In this document: positions 17,397 through 28,058 of the stretch, piece by piece
Layout of the letters: each line of letters begins with the position of its first letter
Position numbering within the stretch: the stretch's first letter is position 1
Origin: an uncultured virus (IMG/VR IMGVR_UViG_2654587972_000002)
Lineage: Duplodnaviria; Heunggongvirae; Uroviricota; Caudoviricetes
Virus record (IMG/VR): IMGVR_UViG_2654587972_000002
Strand: one strand, 5' to 3'
DNA: 64,000 nt
Translations under genes and position numbers: made by a program
Notes under the pieces: generated by a model
The model's database searches: none
The model's input: the letters and a program-made list of their open reading frames with translations, nothing else
What the model was told of the DNA's origin: nothing

Positions 17397-19181
17397 ATGT
17401 CAAAGAAAAAGATAAAAAAAAGAATTACTTTTTCTGATGAAACTTTAAATTTTACTTGTGAAATTGAAAAGTTTAAAGAAGAAGAGGAACCAGGGAAATT
17501 TACAGGAATTCTTGTAAACATGCAAAATGATAGTCTTGCAAAGGGTGTTTACAGATTTAAAAAGGGAAGTATGCAAGGAAATAATGGGAAGACTTTACTC
17601 CTTTTATACAATCATTATGGTGAACTTTTACCAGTTGGGAAATTGGTAGGAGAAGAAACAGAAAAAGGGTTTGAAGTTATGGGAGAATTCCATTTATCAA
17701 AAGATGATAATGGTAATTATATAAATCCTGAAGCTGTAAAATTATATTCACTTATGAAAGAAATGAAACTACCTTTTGAAATGTCAGTAGGTGGAAATAT
17801 TGTAGATTATAAAGAATATAGTGAAAATGGCAAATATTATATAGATATAAATAAATTTGAAGCTCATGAAGGAAGTTTGACTCCTAAAGGTGCTGTAAAA
17901 GGAAGTAAAGTAATAAGAGTTTTTAATAAAGAAAATGGAGGAATAGGACAAATGGATAAGGAACAATTAAAATTATTGATGGCTGAATTATTGGCAAACT
18001 TTAAAACTGAATTATTAGAAGCAGGAACACCTGAAGAAATTAAAAATTTACCTATTAAATTCAATGAAATTAATTCAAAATTTGAAGAAATAAAAACTGA
18101 ATTAAATGGTGAATTCAAAGCAGAAATTGAAAAACAAATGAATGAATTCAATGAAGTCATAAAAAGTTTAAAAGCTGATTTTAAGCCGACAAAAAAAGAA
18201 GTGTCAGTTGCTGAACAATTTAGTGCAATGATTCAAGAAGTAGAAAAGAATGGAAAAGCAGTAGAAACTGTTTTTAATTCAGAGAGTGAAATAAAGTTTG
18301 CAGCAGATCCAGCTACTACAAGTAACTCGGAACATACTATTAAAACACAATATGTAAATACATTACTTGAAAGATTAGTTGCACAAAATTCAGCACTTGG
18401 AGATATAAAGTTTATTCCGATAGTAGATGGAAGCCTTACAATTCCGAGAGAAGTTGCTGGACTACCTGAAGTTGGATGGATAGGAGAAGAAGGGAACAGG
18501 GAAGAGACTTCTGCTCCAAAAACAGATCATGTAGTTATTACATTACATTCATTATATGCAATGCCGAAAGTAACTAATAAGCTATTAGCTACTAATTTTG
18601 TGGGGTATGCTAACTTCTTAGTTAAAAGAGTTGAATATGCTTTATCTTTAAAATTAGCAGATGCTTTATTTTATGGAACAGGGACAAATATGCCTACTGG
18701 AATTTTACAAGACAGCAGTGTAACACAAGAAGTTGAAATTGATTCAACTGACGACACTACATTTGTAGATTCTTTAATAGATGCTTACTATGCTTTAGAT
18801 GAAGATGTAGCAAGAAATGCTAAATGGTATATGACTTCTGAAACTTGGGCAGCTATTGCAAAATTGAAAAATAAACAAAAAGATTTCTATATAACTGACT
18901 TAAATAATGGAAATACAAGAACTTTAATGACTAGACCTGTTATTCTAATCACTTCAAAAAATGCAGGATTAAAATCAATAGCTACAGCAACAGCTAACGA
19001 AATGATTGGGGTTTTTGCAGATTTAAGTACAGCAGTATTAGGGATTCAAAATAATGCTATGACAATGAGATTAGAGGATAAAGTGACTTCTAAAGGATAT
19101 ACAAAATACTACATGGAAAAAGGGGTAGGTTTAGGGGTTCAATTACCTGAAAACATTTTAAAATTAAAGAAAAAAGCATAA
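17397..19181 (+). CDS. HK97-type prohead protease fused to major capsid protein
   Basis: LLYNH, MSVGG, EGSL protease motifs, then capsid motifs (WIGEE, GTGTNMPTGIL); internal RBS/ATG at 17952. Confidence 0.88.
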   Translation: MSKKKIKKRITFSDETLNFTCEIEKFKEEEEPGKFTGILVNMQNDSLAKGVYRFKKGSMQGNNGKTLLLLYNHYGELLPVGKLVGEETEKGFEVMGEFHLSKDDNGNYINPEAVKLYSLMKEMKLPFEMSVGGNIVDYKEYSENGKYYIDINKFEAHEGSLTPKGAVKGSKVIRVFNKENGGIGQMDKEQLKLLMAELLANFKTELLEAGTPEEIKNLPIKFNEINSKFEEIKTELNGEFKAEIEKQMNEFNEVIKSLKADFKPTKKEVSVAEQFSAMIQEVEKNGKAVETVFNSESEIKFAADPATTSNSEHTIKTQYVNTLLERLVAQNSALGDIKFIPIVDGSLTIPREVAGLPEVGWIGEEGNREETSAPKTDHVVITLHSLYAMPKVTNKLLATNFVGYANFLVKRVEYALSLKLADALFYGTGTNMPTGILQDSSVTQEVEIDSTDDTTFVDSLIDAYYALDEDVARNAKWYMTSETWAAIAKLKNKQKDFYITDLNNGNTRTLMTRPVILITSKNAGLKSIATATANEMIGVFADLSTAVLGIQNNAMTMRLEDKVTSKGYTKYYMEKGVGLGVQLPENILKLKKKA

Positions 19182-19226
19182 TTTAAGAGGGTTTATTCCC
19201 TCTTAAGGTTCTAGCAAGGAGAAAAA

Positions 19227-19730
19227 ATGAGTATTAAATATGATTTAGAAATTGCTAAAATGCTCACAAACATTGAAGATGAAAAGCTTCTAAATTTTTA
19301 TATCAATGCAACAATAAAAAAAATAGAAGTAATTTTAGGTTATGAGCTTGTAAAAGGGCAAATAACAAGTTTAGTTAGTGGACTTAATAAAAAGTATGTA
19401 TTCTTACCTAGAAAGAAAATTGAAAGGGTATTGAACGCTAAAAGTGGGTGTAAAAAGCTCCCTTTTAGTTTTGTAAATAGAAAAGTAATATTTGATGAAA
19501 TTATAACAACAGATTCTTATGTAGAAATAGAATATATAGCTGGCTATGATGAATTATCTGAAAATCTATTAATGTTCATCTGCTCAACAATAAAGGAAGA
19601 ACTTTCTAATGCTGAAGGATTAAAGAGCTATGGAATAAGAGGAATAAATTATACTTTTTTAAATAAAATAGAACAATCTGACAACTTTATAAGAGGAGTA
19701 AGGGACTTATTTGGAGTTATAGAAATATGA
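19227..19730 (+). CDS. head-tail connector
   Basis: position; VEIEYIAGY motif. Confidence 0.6.
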   Translation: MSIKYDLEIAKMLTNIEDEKLLNFYINATIKKIEVILGYELVKGQITSLVSGLNKKYVFLPRKKIERVLNAKSGCKKLPFSFVNRKVIFDEIITTDSYVEIEYIAGYDELSENLLMFICSTIKEELSNAEGLKSYGIRGINYTFLNKIEQSDNFIRGVRDLFGVIEI

Positions 19731-20227
19731 CAATTGTAGAAATTTGCCAAGAAATGGGATATTTAAGTAAACATACTGTAGAAATTGGAATATTAGCTAT
19801 TGATAAAAGCTTAACAGGAGAAGATGGAAAAACAAGTATCCTTGAATATGCAATATATAATGAGTTTGGGACTTCTAGCATACCTGCTCGTCCATTCATG
19901 AGAAATGCTTTGGATAGTAATAAAGAATATATAGGCAACTTAATAAAAACAGCTGTTGCTGATGTTGCAAAAGGAAGTATAAAAGGCAAACCTGCACTTA
20001 TGAGAGTAGGGGAAACTATAAGAGGTTTAGTAATTCAAAGTATTGCTACAGCTCAGACTTGGGCAACTCCAAATAATCCAAAAACTTTAAAAATAAAAAC
20101 TAAAAATGGACAGGCTAATAATACCAAACCACTTATAGATAACAGATTTTTAATAAAATCAATTCGGTATCAAATAGTAAATGAAAATGGGACAATAGAA
20201 TATTTGTCAGACTTTAAGGATGTATAA
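19727..20227 (+). CDS. neck/virion morphogenesis protein
   Basis: NEFGTSSIPARPFMR, KPLID motifs. Confidence 0.7.
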   Translation: MTIVEICQEMGYLSKHTVEIGILAIDKSLTGEDGKTSILEYAIYNEFGTSSIPARPFMRNALDSNKEYIGNLIKTAVADVAKGSIKGKPALMRVGETIRGLVIQSIATAQTWATPNNPKTLKIKTKNGQANNTKPLIDNRFLIKSIRYQIVNENGTIEYLSDFKDV

Positions 20228-20228
20228 G

Positions 20229-20564
20229 ATGGATAAAGTTATTTTATTAAGTAAGCACAAAACAAATATAAAAATTATTTCAAGTGTTGAAGGAAGATGG
20301 GAAAAAGGGAAATATATAGCTAATGAAGAGAAAGAAAAGATTATAAAAGGGGTATATATACCTGTTTCATCTGATACTTTGAAATATTATCCTCAAGGTG
20401 AAATTACTTTAAAAGATATGGAATTGTTTACAAAAGAGAAACTAAAAGAAGGGGATATTGCTATTTTAAGAGATGAAAAATTTAAGATAATTGAAATAAC
20501 TGACTTTGATTATCTAGCTGATATAAAAAGCTATATTTTAAAGAGGAGTACAAAAGATGATTAA
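20229..20564 (+). CDS. head closure protein (putative)
   Basis: position and size. Confidence 0.5.
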   Translation: MDKVILLSKHKTNIKIISSVEGRWEKGKYIANEEKEKIIKGVYIPVSSDTLKYYPQGEITLKDMELFTKEKLKEGDIAILRDEKFKIIEITDFDYLADIKSYILKRSTKDD

Positions 20565-21069
20565 AATTATAATTGAATTACTCAATAAAATGAGTAACAT
20601 TCAAATTATACCAGCTTTTACTACTACAAAGGTTCCTAAAAAGCCTTATGCTACTTACCAAGTGCTAAATATAAATAGTGCTGATTTTAGAGGATACACA
20701 GAAAGAGAATACATAAAAAAAGATGAAAAATATCTTGAAATAACAGAATACAGAATAATGGCAAGACTTCAATTTGATGTATATTCAGAAACTCAAGAAG
20801 CAACATTAGAAAATGCAATTGAACTGAGAGAATTAATCCTTTTTAATGCAAGAAGAGAAATCAACAGGCTTGATGCTGGAGTTGTAAAAAGTAGTGAAAT
20901 AAAATCATTAAATGAATTAATTAATTCAAAATATGAGTATCGTTGTACTTTTGATATAGTTTTTGAATATATGAAAGTAACAAAAGAAAGAGAACTTGAA
21001 TTAATAAAAGAAATAGAATTATTGGTAAATAATAAAAATAAAAGCAGGATAGCAAGGAGGAAAGAATAA
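20557..21069 (+). CDS. tail terminator/neck protein (putative)
   Basis: PKKPYATY motif; precedes sheath. Confidence 0.55.
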   Translation: MIKIIIELLNKMSNIQIIPAFTTTKVPKKPYATYQVLNINSADFRGYTEREYIKKDEKYLEITEYRIMARLQFDVYSETQEATLENAIELRELILFNARREINRLDAGVVKSSEIKSLNELINSKYEYRCTFDIVFEYMKVTKERELELIKEIELLVNNKNKSRIARRKE

Positions 21070-22106
21070 TGGGAGTATATAGAGAACCGATAAAAGTAGT
21101 ATTAGAACAAGAATTGAATTTGACAATTGCTTCATTAAATAAAACTCTTATAGTTACAAATGATAAGAATGCAGATTTTAAATATTATATGAACTCAAAA
21201 GATGTTGCTAATGATTTTGGGAATAATTCAAAAGTATATAAATTAGTGGAGAAGTTTCTAGGACAAAGAGATGGAGATGGCAATATTTTAAAACCTGATT
21301 TCTTTGGAGTTGTTGGAATTACTGCGAGTGGGCAAGAAAAGATAGAAGATAAGTTGAAAGAAGTGCTAAATGAAAATTTAGATAAAGAATGGTACGCTCT
21401 TATAACAACATTTGATAGTGTTGAGACAATGAAAGCTGTAAGTTCTTTTTTAACTGAAAATAGAAGAATTTATATAACAGAAGTCAAAGCTTACCCATTA
21501 GCAGATACATTAAAGTCTGATAGAATTGCACCTATTTGGAATTTAAAAATGGATGAAGCTGATAAGGAATATAAAGCAGCCGCTTATGCTGGGGTAGTTG
21601 TAACAAAAGGAGCAGGTTACAGAAGCTCAATGATAGAGTTGCAAGGAGTAACAGCTGACACTGAATTAGCTAAGAAGCCTGAACTTACAAAGAATAATAT
21701 TACATTTGTAGAAAAAAGAACATCAGAAGGTTATATAACAGCCAATGGTGGAAAATCAACAGATGGAACTTATTTAGATGAAACTACTGCAATAGACTGT
21801 ATTATTGTAAATCTTAATGAAAATCTAGAAAAAGCAATGATTAAAAAAGGGTTCCCACAAGATGAAGAAGGATATGCTTTTATAGAGGAGACATTGACTA
21901 ATGTTATGGAAGAAATGGGAGCTAATAAATTACTTGCAAAGTTAAATGGTAAATATCAATATGCAGTTTACCCAGTTAATCAAACTGCAACAGAAAGAGG
22001 GCTTAGAATTATAAGACCAAGAGTACTTTTTAGAATTAGAAACTGGGGATATTATATGGATTTAACATTAGTAAAAACTAATAAGGATATTGGAGGTAAT
22101 AAATAA
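21069..22106 (+). CDS. contractile tail sheath protein
   Basis: position; GKSTDGTYLD and PQDEEG C-terminal motifs. Confidence 0.7.
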   Translation: MGVYREPIKVVLEQELNLTIASLNKTLIVTNDKNADFKYYMNSKDVANDFGNNSKVYKLVEKFLGQRDGDGNILKPDFFGVVGITASGQEKIEDKLKEVLNENLDKEWYALITTFDSVETMKAVSSFLTENRRIYITEVKAYPLADTLKSDRIAPIWNLKMDEADKEYKAAAYAGVVVTKGAGYRSSMIELQGVTADTELAKKPELTKNNITFVEKRTSEGYITANGGKSTDGTYLDETTAIDCIIVNLNENLEKAMIKKGFPQDEEGYAFIEETLTNVMEEMGANKLLAKLNGKYQYAVYPVNQTATERGLRIIRPRVLFRIRNWGYYMDLTLVKTNKDIGGNK

Positions 22107-22495
22107 TGGTTGATTTAAGTAAAAAAACTTTTATTTTTAATGGCTATACTTTTAAGGAATGGAGAAGTTTGACTGTTGGAGCACCTGAGGATCCATATAA
22201 ACAATCTGATAAAAGCATTTATGGGGAAAGAAGAATAATATACTCACCTGACTCAAATATAGAAATAACAATAACTGTACCAACTGGAACAGAAGATGAA
22301 AAAATACTTTTAAATGCTTCTGAGAACGCCATAATAGGCTCAGGATATTTTAAAGATAGTTCTAATCCAAAATATAATAGAGGAGTAAGTATAAAAGAAA
22401 TCGGTGTTAATAAAGGCGAATTACCTAATGATGGAGAATCTGATTCAAGAGAATTTAAACTTGTATGTGTAGGTGTTAAGGAGGCAATGAACTAA
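22106..22495 (+). CDS. tail tube protein
   Basis: 129 aa, follows sheath. Confidence 0.65.
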   Translation: MVDLSKKTFIFNGYTFKEWRSLTVGAPEDPYKQSDKSIYGERRIIYSPDSNIEITITVPTGTEDEKILLNASENAIIGSGYFKDSSNPKYNRGVSIKEIGVNKGELPNDGESDSREFKLVCVGVKEAMN

Positions 22496-22902
22496 TGGAA
22501 AATAAAATAAATAAAATAGAGCAAGAAGAGTTAAAAAATAAAGAATTTCTAAAAAAAATAGAGGATAAGAATATATCAAATATAACTTTTAAAGCTGATG
22601 GTCTAGGAGCTTTAGAATTTAATTTGATGATGACAGGGAAAGATTTTAAAACAATAGAGAGACCTTTTAGAATTGAAAGAGTTTCAACAGATACATTTTT
22701 TAAGCTTTCATCTGAAAAAGATGAGTTAGCAATAGGTAAAAAAATATTAAAAACTTTTATAGCTCAGCCTGCGGAAGCTAGAGACATAGAATTTTTTAAT
22801 ATGGATCAAGAAGCTTTAGAAACTATTACAATAATTATAACTGAATTTCAACAAACACCCTTTTTATTCATTAAAAACTTTGGAGAAAATAAGGAAGATT
22901 AA
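22495..22902 (+). CDS. tail assembly chaperone (G)
   Basis: between tube and tape measure. Confidence 0.65.
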   Translation: MENKINKIEQEELKNKEFLKKIEDKNISNITFKADGLGALEFNLMMTGKDFKTIERPFRIERVSTDTFFKLSSEKDELAIGKKILKTFIAQPAEARDIEFFNMDQEALETITIIITEFQQTPFLFIKNFGENKED

Positions 22903-23038
22903 ACAAGGAAGATTTGATGTTTGTTTTGAATCTAAAATTCCATATTATAAAAAGCCTGTTGAAGATCTATGTTATGAAGAATATATGCTTTTACAATTAG
23001 CTTGGGCTGATTATGCAAAAAGAAAAAATAAAAATTAG
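22841..23038 (+). CDS. overlapping +1-frame ORF, putative frameshift extension of chaperone (GT)
   Basis: open +1 frame without a strong RBS; CCC TTT TT at 22858-22865. Confidence 0.55.
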   Translation: MNFNKHPFYSLKTLEKIRKIKQGRFDVCFESKIPYYKKPVEDLCYEEYMLLQLAWADYAKRKNKN

Positions 23039-23053
23039 AAAGGAGGGTTAGCA

Positions 23054-25273
23054 ATGTTAGAACAGTTATCATTGGTTTTTAAAGTTGTAGGTAATGGACA
23101 AGTTACTTTAAATCAAATTAGTTCTCAAATTGGAAATTTAAAGAATAATATGTCAAATTTTAAAAATAGTGTCAGTTCAACATTTGGGAATCTAAAAAGC
23201 ACTATTGGTTCAGTAAAACAAAGTTTAGTTGCTTTTAAAAATAAGATTAGTACAACTTTTAATGCCTTGAAAGCTAAAATAACAGCTAACTTTCCAGCTA
23301 TTTCAAAATTAAGAAATGGTTTTATTTCACTTCGGAGAGGACTAGGAAATTTTGGTAATTATGCCCAGCAACAATTTCAGAAAAGCAAAGAAAAAGCAAG
23401 TACACTTCTAAGTGTCTTAAAAAGGATAGCTACAACATTAGCAGCAGGTTTTACATTAAAAACTGCTATTGAAGGTGCTGGAAATATTGAACAGTATAGA
23501 AATACACTTGAAACTGTATTGAAAGATCCTAATATGGCAAGAAAGAAACTGGCATGGGCTAGCAGATTTGCTAATAAAACTCCATTTGAAACAGATGAAG
23601 TAGTTGGTGGAATGACAAAATTACAATCCTACGGAATTGAAGGAGATAGAGTTTTAAAAACTACTAACAGAACATATCTTGAAATGATTGGAGACATGGC
23701 TTCAGGAATGGGTAAAAGTTTTGACCAAGCAATTGAAGCTATTGCTGATGCAAGAACTGGAGAACTTGAAAGATTAAAAGAATTCGGAATTACTAAGAAT
23801 ATGATCGCTGAGTTTGGTAAAAGTAAAGGCTTAGAGATTTTTAATAATAAAGGGCAAATTAATGACTTGGAGTTATTTAATAAGACTTTATTTGAAATGA
23901 TGGACTCTCGTTTTGGTGGAGCTATGGAAAAGCAAGCTAAAACATTTAAGGGAGGATTATCAACTATATCAGGAGCTACTAAATCAGCATTAGCAACATT
24001 GGCAGGAGTAAATGAATTTGGAGATATAGTTGAAAACTCTCCATTTCAAATTCTTAGAGATAGAGTTATCATACCGTTAGCTAATACACTAGTAAAATTT
24101 CAAGAAGATGGAACATTTACAAGATGGGCAGAAAATTTGTCTAATGTCTTTGGAGAATTAATTTCTTGGGGAGAAAAAATAATTAATTTTATTGTTAAGT
24201 GGAAAGAAATTTTAATTCCATTAGCAAGTGCAATAGCTGGTCTTTTTGTAATTAATAAAGTAATAGTTTTAATAGGAGCTTTAAAAACTGCATTAGCAGC
24301 TCTTTCTTTTAATCCAATTATGCTTGCAATTGGAGCTGTAATAGCGATTGGGGTTTTATTATATAGAAACTGGGATCTTATAAAAGAAAAATTAATTTCA
24401 CTTTGGGATAAGATAAAAGGTTTTGTAAAAGTATTTTTATTTTTCTCAGGGATAGGTTTAATAATAAAACTAGGACAACTCTTAATAGAAAATTGGGAAA
24501 AAATTAAGGCTAAATTATCTTCATTATGGGATAAAATTAAGGCTTTTGCTAAAGCATTATGGGATATTGGTAAAAAAATATTTATGTGGCTTAGTCCAAT
24601 AGGTTTAATTATTACTGTTGGAAAACTGATAATAGAAAACTGGGATCTTATAAAAGCAAAATTTGCAGAGTTAGGAAGCTATTTATATAACAAAATAATT
24701 GATATAGGGAATTTTTTTATAGGACTAAAAGACAAAGTAGTTGATGTATTTTTTAACTTAATAGATAAATTAAAAGAAGTGTGGGAGACAATGAAGTCAA
24801 CTGCAGCATCAGCTTTTGATTTTATTTTAGACTATGTTGCTAAAATTTGGGAAAGCATTAAAGGTTTTTTCTCAGGTTTAGGTGAAAAAATAAAATCATT
24901 ACCAGGAATATCTTGGTTTTTTAGTGATAGTGAGAAAAAAAATACAAATAGCCCTATGATAGATGGGACTCATAAAACAGGACTTAACTATGTCCCTTTT
25001 GATGGATATATCGCTGAGCTTCACAAAGGTGAAAGAGTTCTAACAGCTGAAGAAAATAATGCATATTCAAGTAGTGAAACTAATGAGTTTTCTAATACAA
25101 GTAATTCAGCAAATACGAAAAACTCTAATAAGTCTGATAAAAAAATCATATTAAATCTTACTGTAAATATGTCTGGAACAAAAGAAATGGATTGGAATAG
25201 AATTGGAGAAATGATAGTAGAAAAATTAGAGGATTTGATGTTACAAAATGACATAGCTAAAGGGGAAATATAG
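23054..25273 (+). CDS. tail tape measure protein
   Basis: FANKTPF motif, ENWDLIK repeats, YIAELHKGERVLTAEE. Confidence 0.9.
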   Translation: MLEQLSLVFKVVGNGQVTLNQISSQIGNLKNNMSNFKNSVSSTFGNLKSTIGSVKQSLVAFKNKISTTFNALKAKITANFPAISKLRNGFISLRRGLGNFGNYAQQQFQKSKEKASTLLSVLKRIATTLAAGFTLKTAIEGAGNIEQYRNTLETVLKDPNMARKKLAWASRFANKTPFETDEVVGGMTKLQSYGIEGDRVLKTTNRTYLEMIGDMASGMGKSFDQAIEAIADARTGELERLKEFGITKNMIAEFGKSKGLEIFNNKGQINDLELFNKTLFEMMDSRFGGAMEKQAKTFKGGLSTISGATKSALATLAGVNEFGDIVENSPFQILRDRVIIPLANTLVKFQEDGTFTRWAENLSNVFGELISWGEKIINFIVKWKEILIPLASAIAGLFVINKVIVLIGALKTALAALSFNPIMLAIGAVIAIGVLLYRNWDLIKEKLISLWDKIKGFVKVFLFFSGIGLIIKLGQLLIENWEKIKAKLSSLWDKIKAFAKALWDIGKKIFMWLSPIGLIITVGKLIIENWDLIKAKFAELGSYLYNKIIDIGNFFIGLKDKVVDVFFNLIDKLKEVWETMKSTAASAFDFILDYVAKIWESIKGFFSGLGEKIKSLPGISWFFSDSEKKNTNSPMIDGTHKTGLNYVPFDGYIAELHKGERVLTAEENNAYSSSETNEFSNTSNSANTKNSNKSDKKIILNLTVNMSGTKEMDWNRIGEMIVEKLEDLMLQNDIAKGEI

Positions 25274-25894
25274 ATGTTTTCAATAACAAATATTATGAGT
25301 AAAGTAAGTAGTTTTCTAAATAATGTAAATTCAATTTCTAACCGAATTGATAGTTATCTAAGAAAAACTCCACCAATTTTATTGGGAAATATAAAACTTC
25401 AATTAGTTTCTGGAATATCTGAAAGCTATTCTAATGATGTTCCAACAATTCCAATTGATGATGGAACTCAAATAGCTGATAACATAACACAAAATCCGTT
25501 AGAGTTATCATTTAAAGTTCAAATTGTAGGTTCTAATCACAAAGAAATTTTTGAAAAAGTTCTTGAACTTAGAAATAAAAGAGAACTTGTAGACTTGTAT
25601 ATGATTAAGTTATATAAGAATATGGCTATAACAAATATAGAAAATACTATAACTTCATTATATTATACAGAATTTACTATTTCATTGGTAGAAGTAAAGA
25701 TTGCTCATGTTTCTATGATTCCTTCACCTAGTCCAAAAGCTAAAGCAAGTGTTAGAAATACAACAAAAATAAAAACAATAGCAAAAGCTAAAAAAAATAC
25801 AAAAAGTATTACAAAAGCTGTTACTAAAAATAAAAGCTCAGGAGTAAAGGATTGGGAAGGAGATCTACAAAGTGAGCATATAAAACTGCCATAG
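25274..25894 (+). CDS. baseplate/tail-tube initiator protein
   Basis: PIDDGTQIADNI motif; follows tape measure. Confidence 0.6.
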   Translation: MFSITNIMSKVSSFLNNVNSISNRIDSYLRKTPPILLGNIKLQLVSGISESYSNDVPTIPIDDGTQIADNITQNPLELSFKVQIVGSNHKEIFEKVLELRNKRELVDLYMIKLYKNMAITNIENTITSLYYTEFTISLVEVKIAHVSMIPSPSPKAKASVRNTTKIKTIAKAKKNTKSITKAVTKNKSSGVKDWEGDLQSEHIKLP

Positions 25895-25911
25895 ATAATA
25901 GGAGCATAGAA

Positions 25912-26235
25912 ATGAAAATAAATATAATGAAAGAATCTATTCCATATATAACTGATGTAACTATTGCAAGGACAACCTTTCAATTTGAATTTACATATAA
26001 TTCTTATGATAAAAGAGTATACATAACACTTTATGATATTGATGGTAATTTAATATATCCAAATGAACCAATTCTATTTGGGATCCCACTTTGGTTTAAT
26101 AAATTAGTTGATGAAAAAGGAAACTTTAATAAAAAATATCCTCAAAAATATATCATTCCTAATACTTTAGATAGAAAAGCTATAAAAATTGATTATGAAA
26201 ATATTGATAAAATTGAACTTTTAGTGGAGGACTAA
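25912..26235 (+). CDS. baseplate protein
   Basis: position and size. Confidence 0.55.
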   Translation: MKINIMKESIPYITDVTIARTTFQFEFTYNSYDKRVYITLYDIDGNLIYPNEPILFGIPLWFNKLVDEKGNFNKKYPQKYIIPNTLDRKAIKIDYENIDKIELLVED

Positions 26236-27191
26236 TGGATTTTATAGCAAATAGACCTATTTTTCCGCGAAATTCTTATCTTATTATAAATGGTGTAAAA
26301 CTAGATGATCATAATAATGATGGTTTAAAATTTGATGTTGATGTAAAAACAGGAGAAGAAGGAAAAGTAGGAGTAGGAACATTCAAAATATATAATTTAA
26401 GTCAAGATATAGAAATAGGAAGTGAGATAGAACTTTGGTTTGGTTATGCTGAAGATATTGGCTATTATTCAAAATATGAAGTTATAAAAAAGAAAAGAAT
26501 AAAAGAAAGCTCTTCATTTATTCAAGAGTTGACTTGTTCAGAGAGAACTAAAAATAGTAGTAAGATAGTTTCAATTAGTTTAGATGGGAATACTAGGATA
26601 TCTGAAGCAATAAAAGAAGTTACTAAAGAAATGGGAATAAATCTTATTTCTATGGAACTTAATAAAGATAAAATTTACACTAATGGTTTTACTTGCTATA
26701 GTCAAGGATTTCAAGAGTTAAGAGAATTAGTTCAAGACTCAGAGAGTAAAATGACTTTAAAAGGTGATGATCTTTATATCTATACAGATAAACAAAAAGA
26801 TCAAGCGATTTATTTAAGCTTCGAAAGTGGATTGATTCATAATCCTGAAGCTGTTGAACAGCAAGAAAAAGAAGTGAAAGTAAATAAAAAATCTGATAAT
26901 AAAAAAGCAAAGAGTAAAAAAGATGATAAATGGGAAAATGAGCAAAAAAAGAAAACTATAAAAGAGAGTAATAAATATGACTATACTATTGAATGTTTCC
27001 CAATTCACTACATAAAAAAAGGAGATGTAATATACGTTGAAAGTGATGATGTAAGTGGATTTATGCAAGTGGAAGAGGTAAGCATTAGTCTAAGTGATAG
27101 CTGGAATATGAAATTAGGAGTTAAAGTGATGAAAGATGATGGAAAACATAAGGATAATTCTAGTAAAAATACAAAAAATAAGAAAGGGTAG
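26235..27191 (+). CDS. baseplate hub protein
   Basis: FKIYNLS and ESGLIHNP motifs. Confidence 0.65.
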   Translation: MDFIANRPIFPRNSYLIINGVKLDDHNNDGLKFDVDVKTGEEGKVGVGTFKIYNLSQDIEIGSEIELWFGYAEDIGYYSKYEVIKKKRIKESSSFIQELTCSERTKNSSKIVSISLDGNTRISEAIKEVTKEMGINLISMELNKDKIYTNGFTCYSQGFQELRELVQDSESKMTLKGDDLYIYTDKQKDQAIYLSFESGLIHNPEAVEQQEKEVKVNKKSDNKKAKSKKDDKWENEQKKKTIKESNKYDYTIECFPIHYIKKGDVIYVESDDVSGFMQVEEVSISLSDSWNMKLGVKVMKDDGKHKDNSSKNTKNKKG

Positions 27192-27720
27192 ATTTGTAGA
27201 TGCTGAGCCTTTGTTTAGTCCAAATGGGGTTGCTCTACCTGTACTTCGTAATGTTCCAGTGGCATTATTTGGAGATAATAAAGATCATATTGATTGGAAT
27301 ATTAAAGAAGGGGATATAATGCCATATTTTGTTTTAACCTTTGATATTTCTTCATATATAAGTCAAGGATCCCATGATGTTATGGATTCAAATAGAAGAA
27401 ATAACTTAAACAATGGTTTTATTCTACCTTTCACAATTCCAAATGCTACAGAAAGCTTGGAATTTCCTTCGGATATTAGAATTATTGGAGATAGATTAGA
27501 AGAAGGGAACATTGATTTGAAAGGAGATTCTAAGCAAGAAGGTAATGTTGAGATAAATGGAAATACTACTCAGAAAGGAAATACAACACAAACTGGGAAT
27601 ATATCTACAAAAGGTTCTGTTGCAGCATCTGAAGATGTTACTGCTGGAGATAAGAGTTTGAAAAAACATAAACATTCAGGAGTAGCAAAAGGAACTGAGA
27701 TGAGTGGAGGAGTAGCATAA
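27136..27720 (+). CDS. baseplate central spike
   Basis: C-terminal beta repeats and HxH motif (KHKHSGV). Confidence 0.8.
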   Translation: MMENIRIILVKIQKIRKGRFVDAEPLFSPNGVALPVLRNVPVALFGDNKDHIDWNIKEGDIMPYFVLTFDISSYISQGSHDVMDSNRRNNLNNGFILPFTIPNATESLEFPSDIRIIGDRLEEGNIDLKGDSKQEGNVEINGNTTQKGNTTQTGNISTKGSVAASEDVTAGDKSLKKHKHSGVAKGTEMSGGVA

Positions 27721-28058
27721 TGGAAGCTATAAAAATGGATGATGGAGATATAAAATTTTCAACTATTTCAGGAATAGATGAGTTCTGGCAGAGAGTAGTA
27801 AATTCTTTAAAAATATATTCAATTGAGTGCTTTTATGATGAAAATTTAGGGCTTGATATAAGAATAATAAATGAACAAGATGTAGCTGAATACAAACTTG
27901 AACATATTTGTAGAAAGTTACAGGAATGGTATAGAGCTGAAATAGAAACAGTCAGTTATCAAATAATTTCTGAAGCAGAAAGAACTTTAAAGGCAAAAAT
28001 ATATATAACACATAAGAAACATAACAATATAGAGAAAGAGGTGATTATCAGTGGATAA
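27720..28058 (+). CDS. baseplate wedge/sheath initiator
   Basis: ECFYDENLGLD; position. Confidence 0.6.
   Translation: MEAIKMDDGDIKFSTISGIDEFWQRVVNSLKIYSIECFYDENLGLDIRIINEQDVAEYKLEHICRKLQEWYRAEIETVSYQIISEAERTLKAKIYITHKKHNNIEKEVIISG

Noticed and set aside
24360..24660. Repeated AACTGGGATCTTATAAAAG
   Set aside because: Ordinary Trp-periodic tape measure repeats
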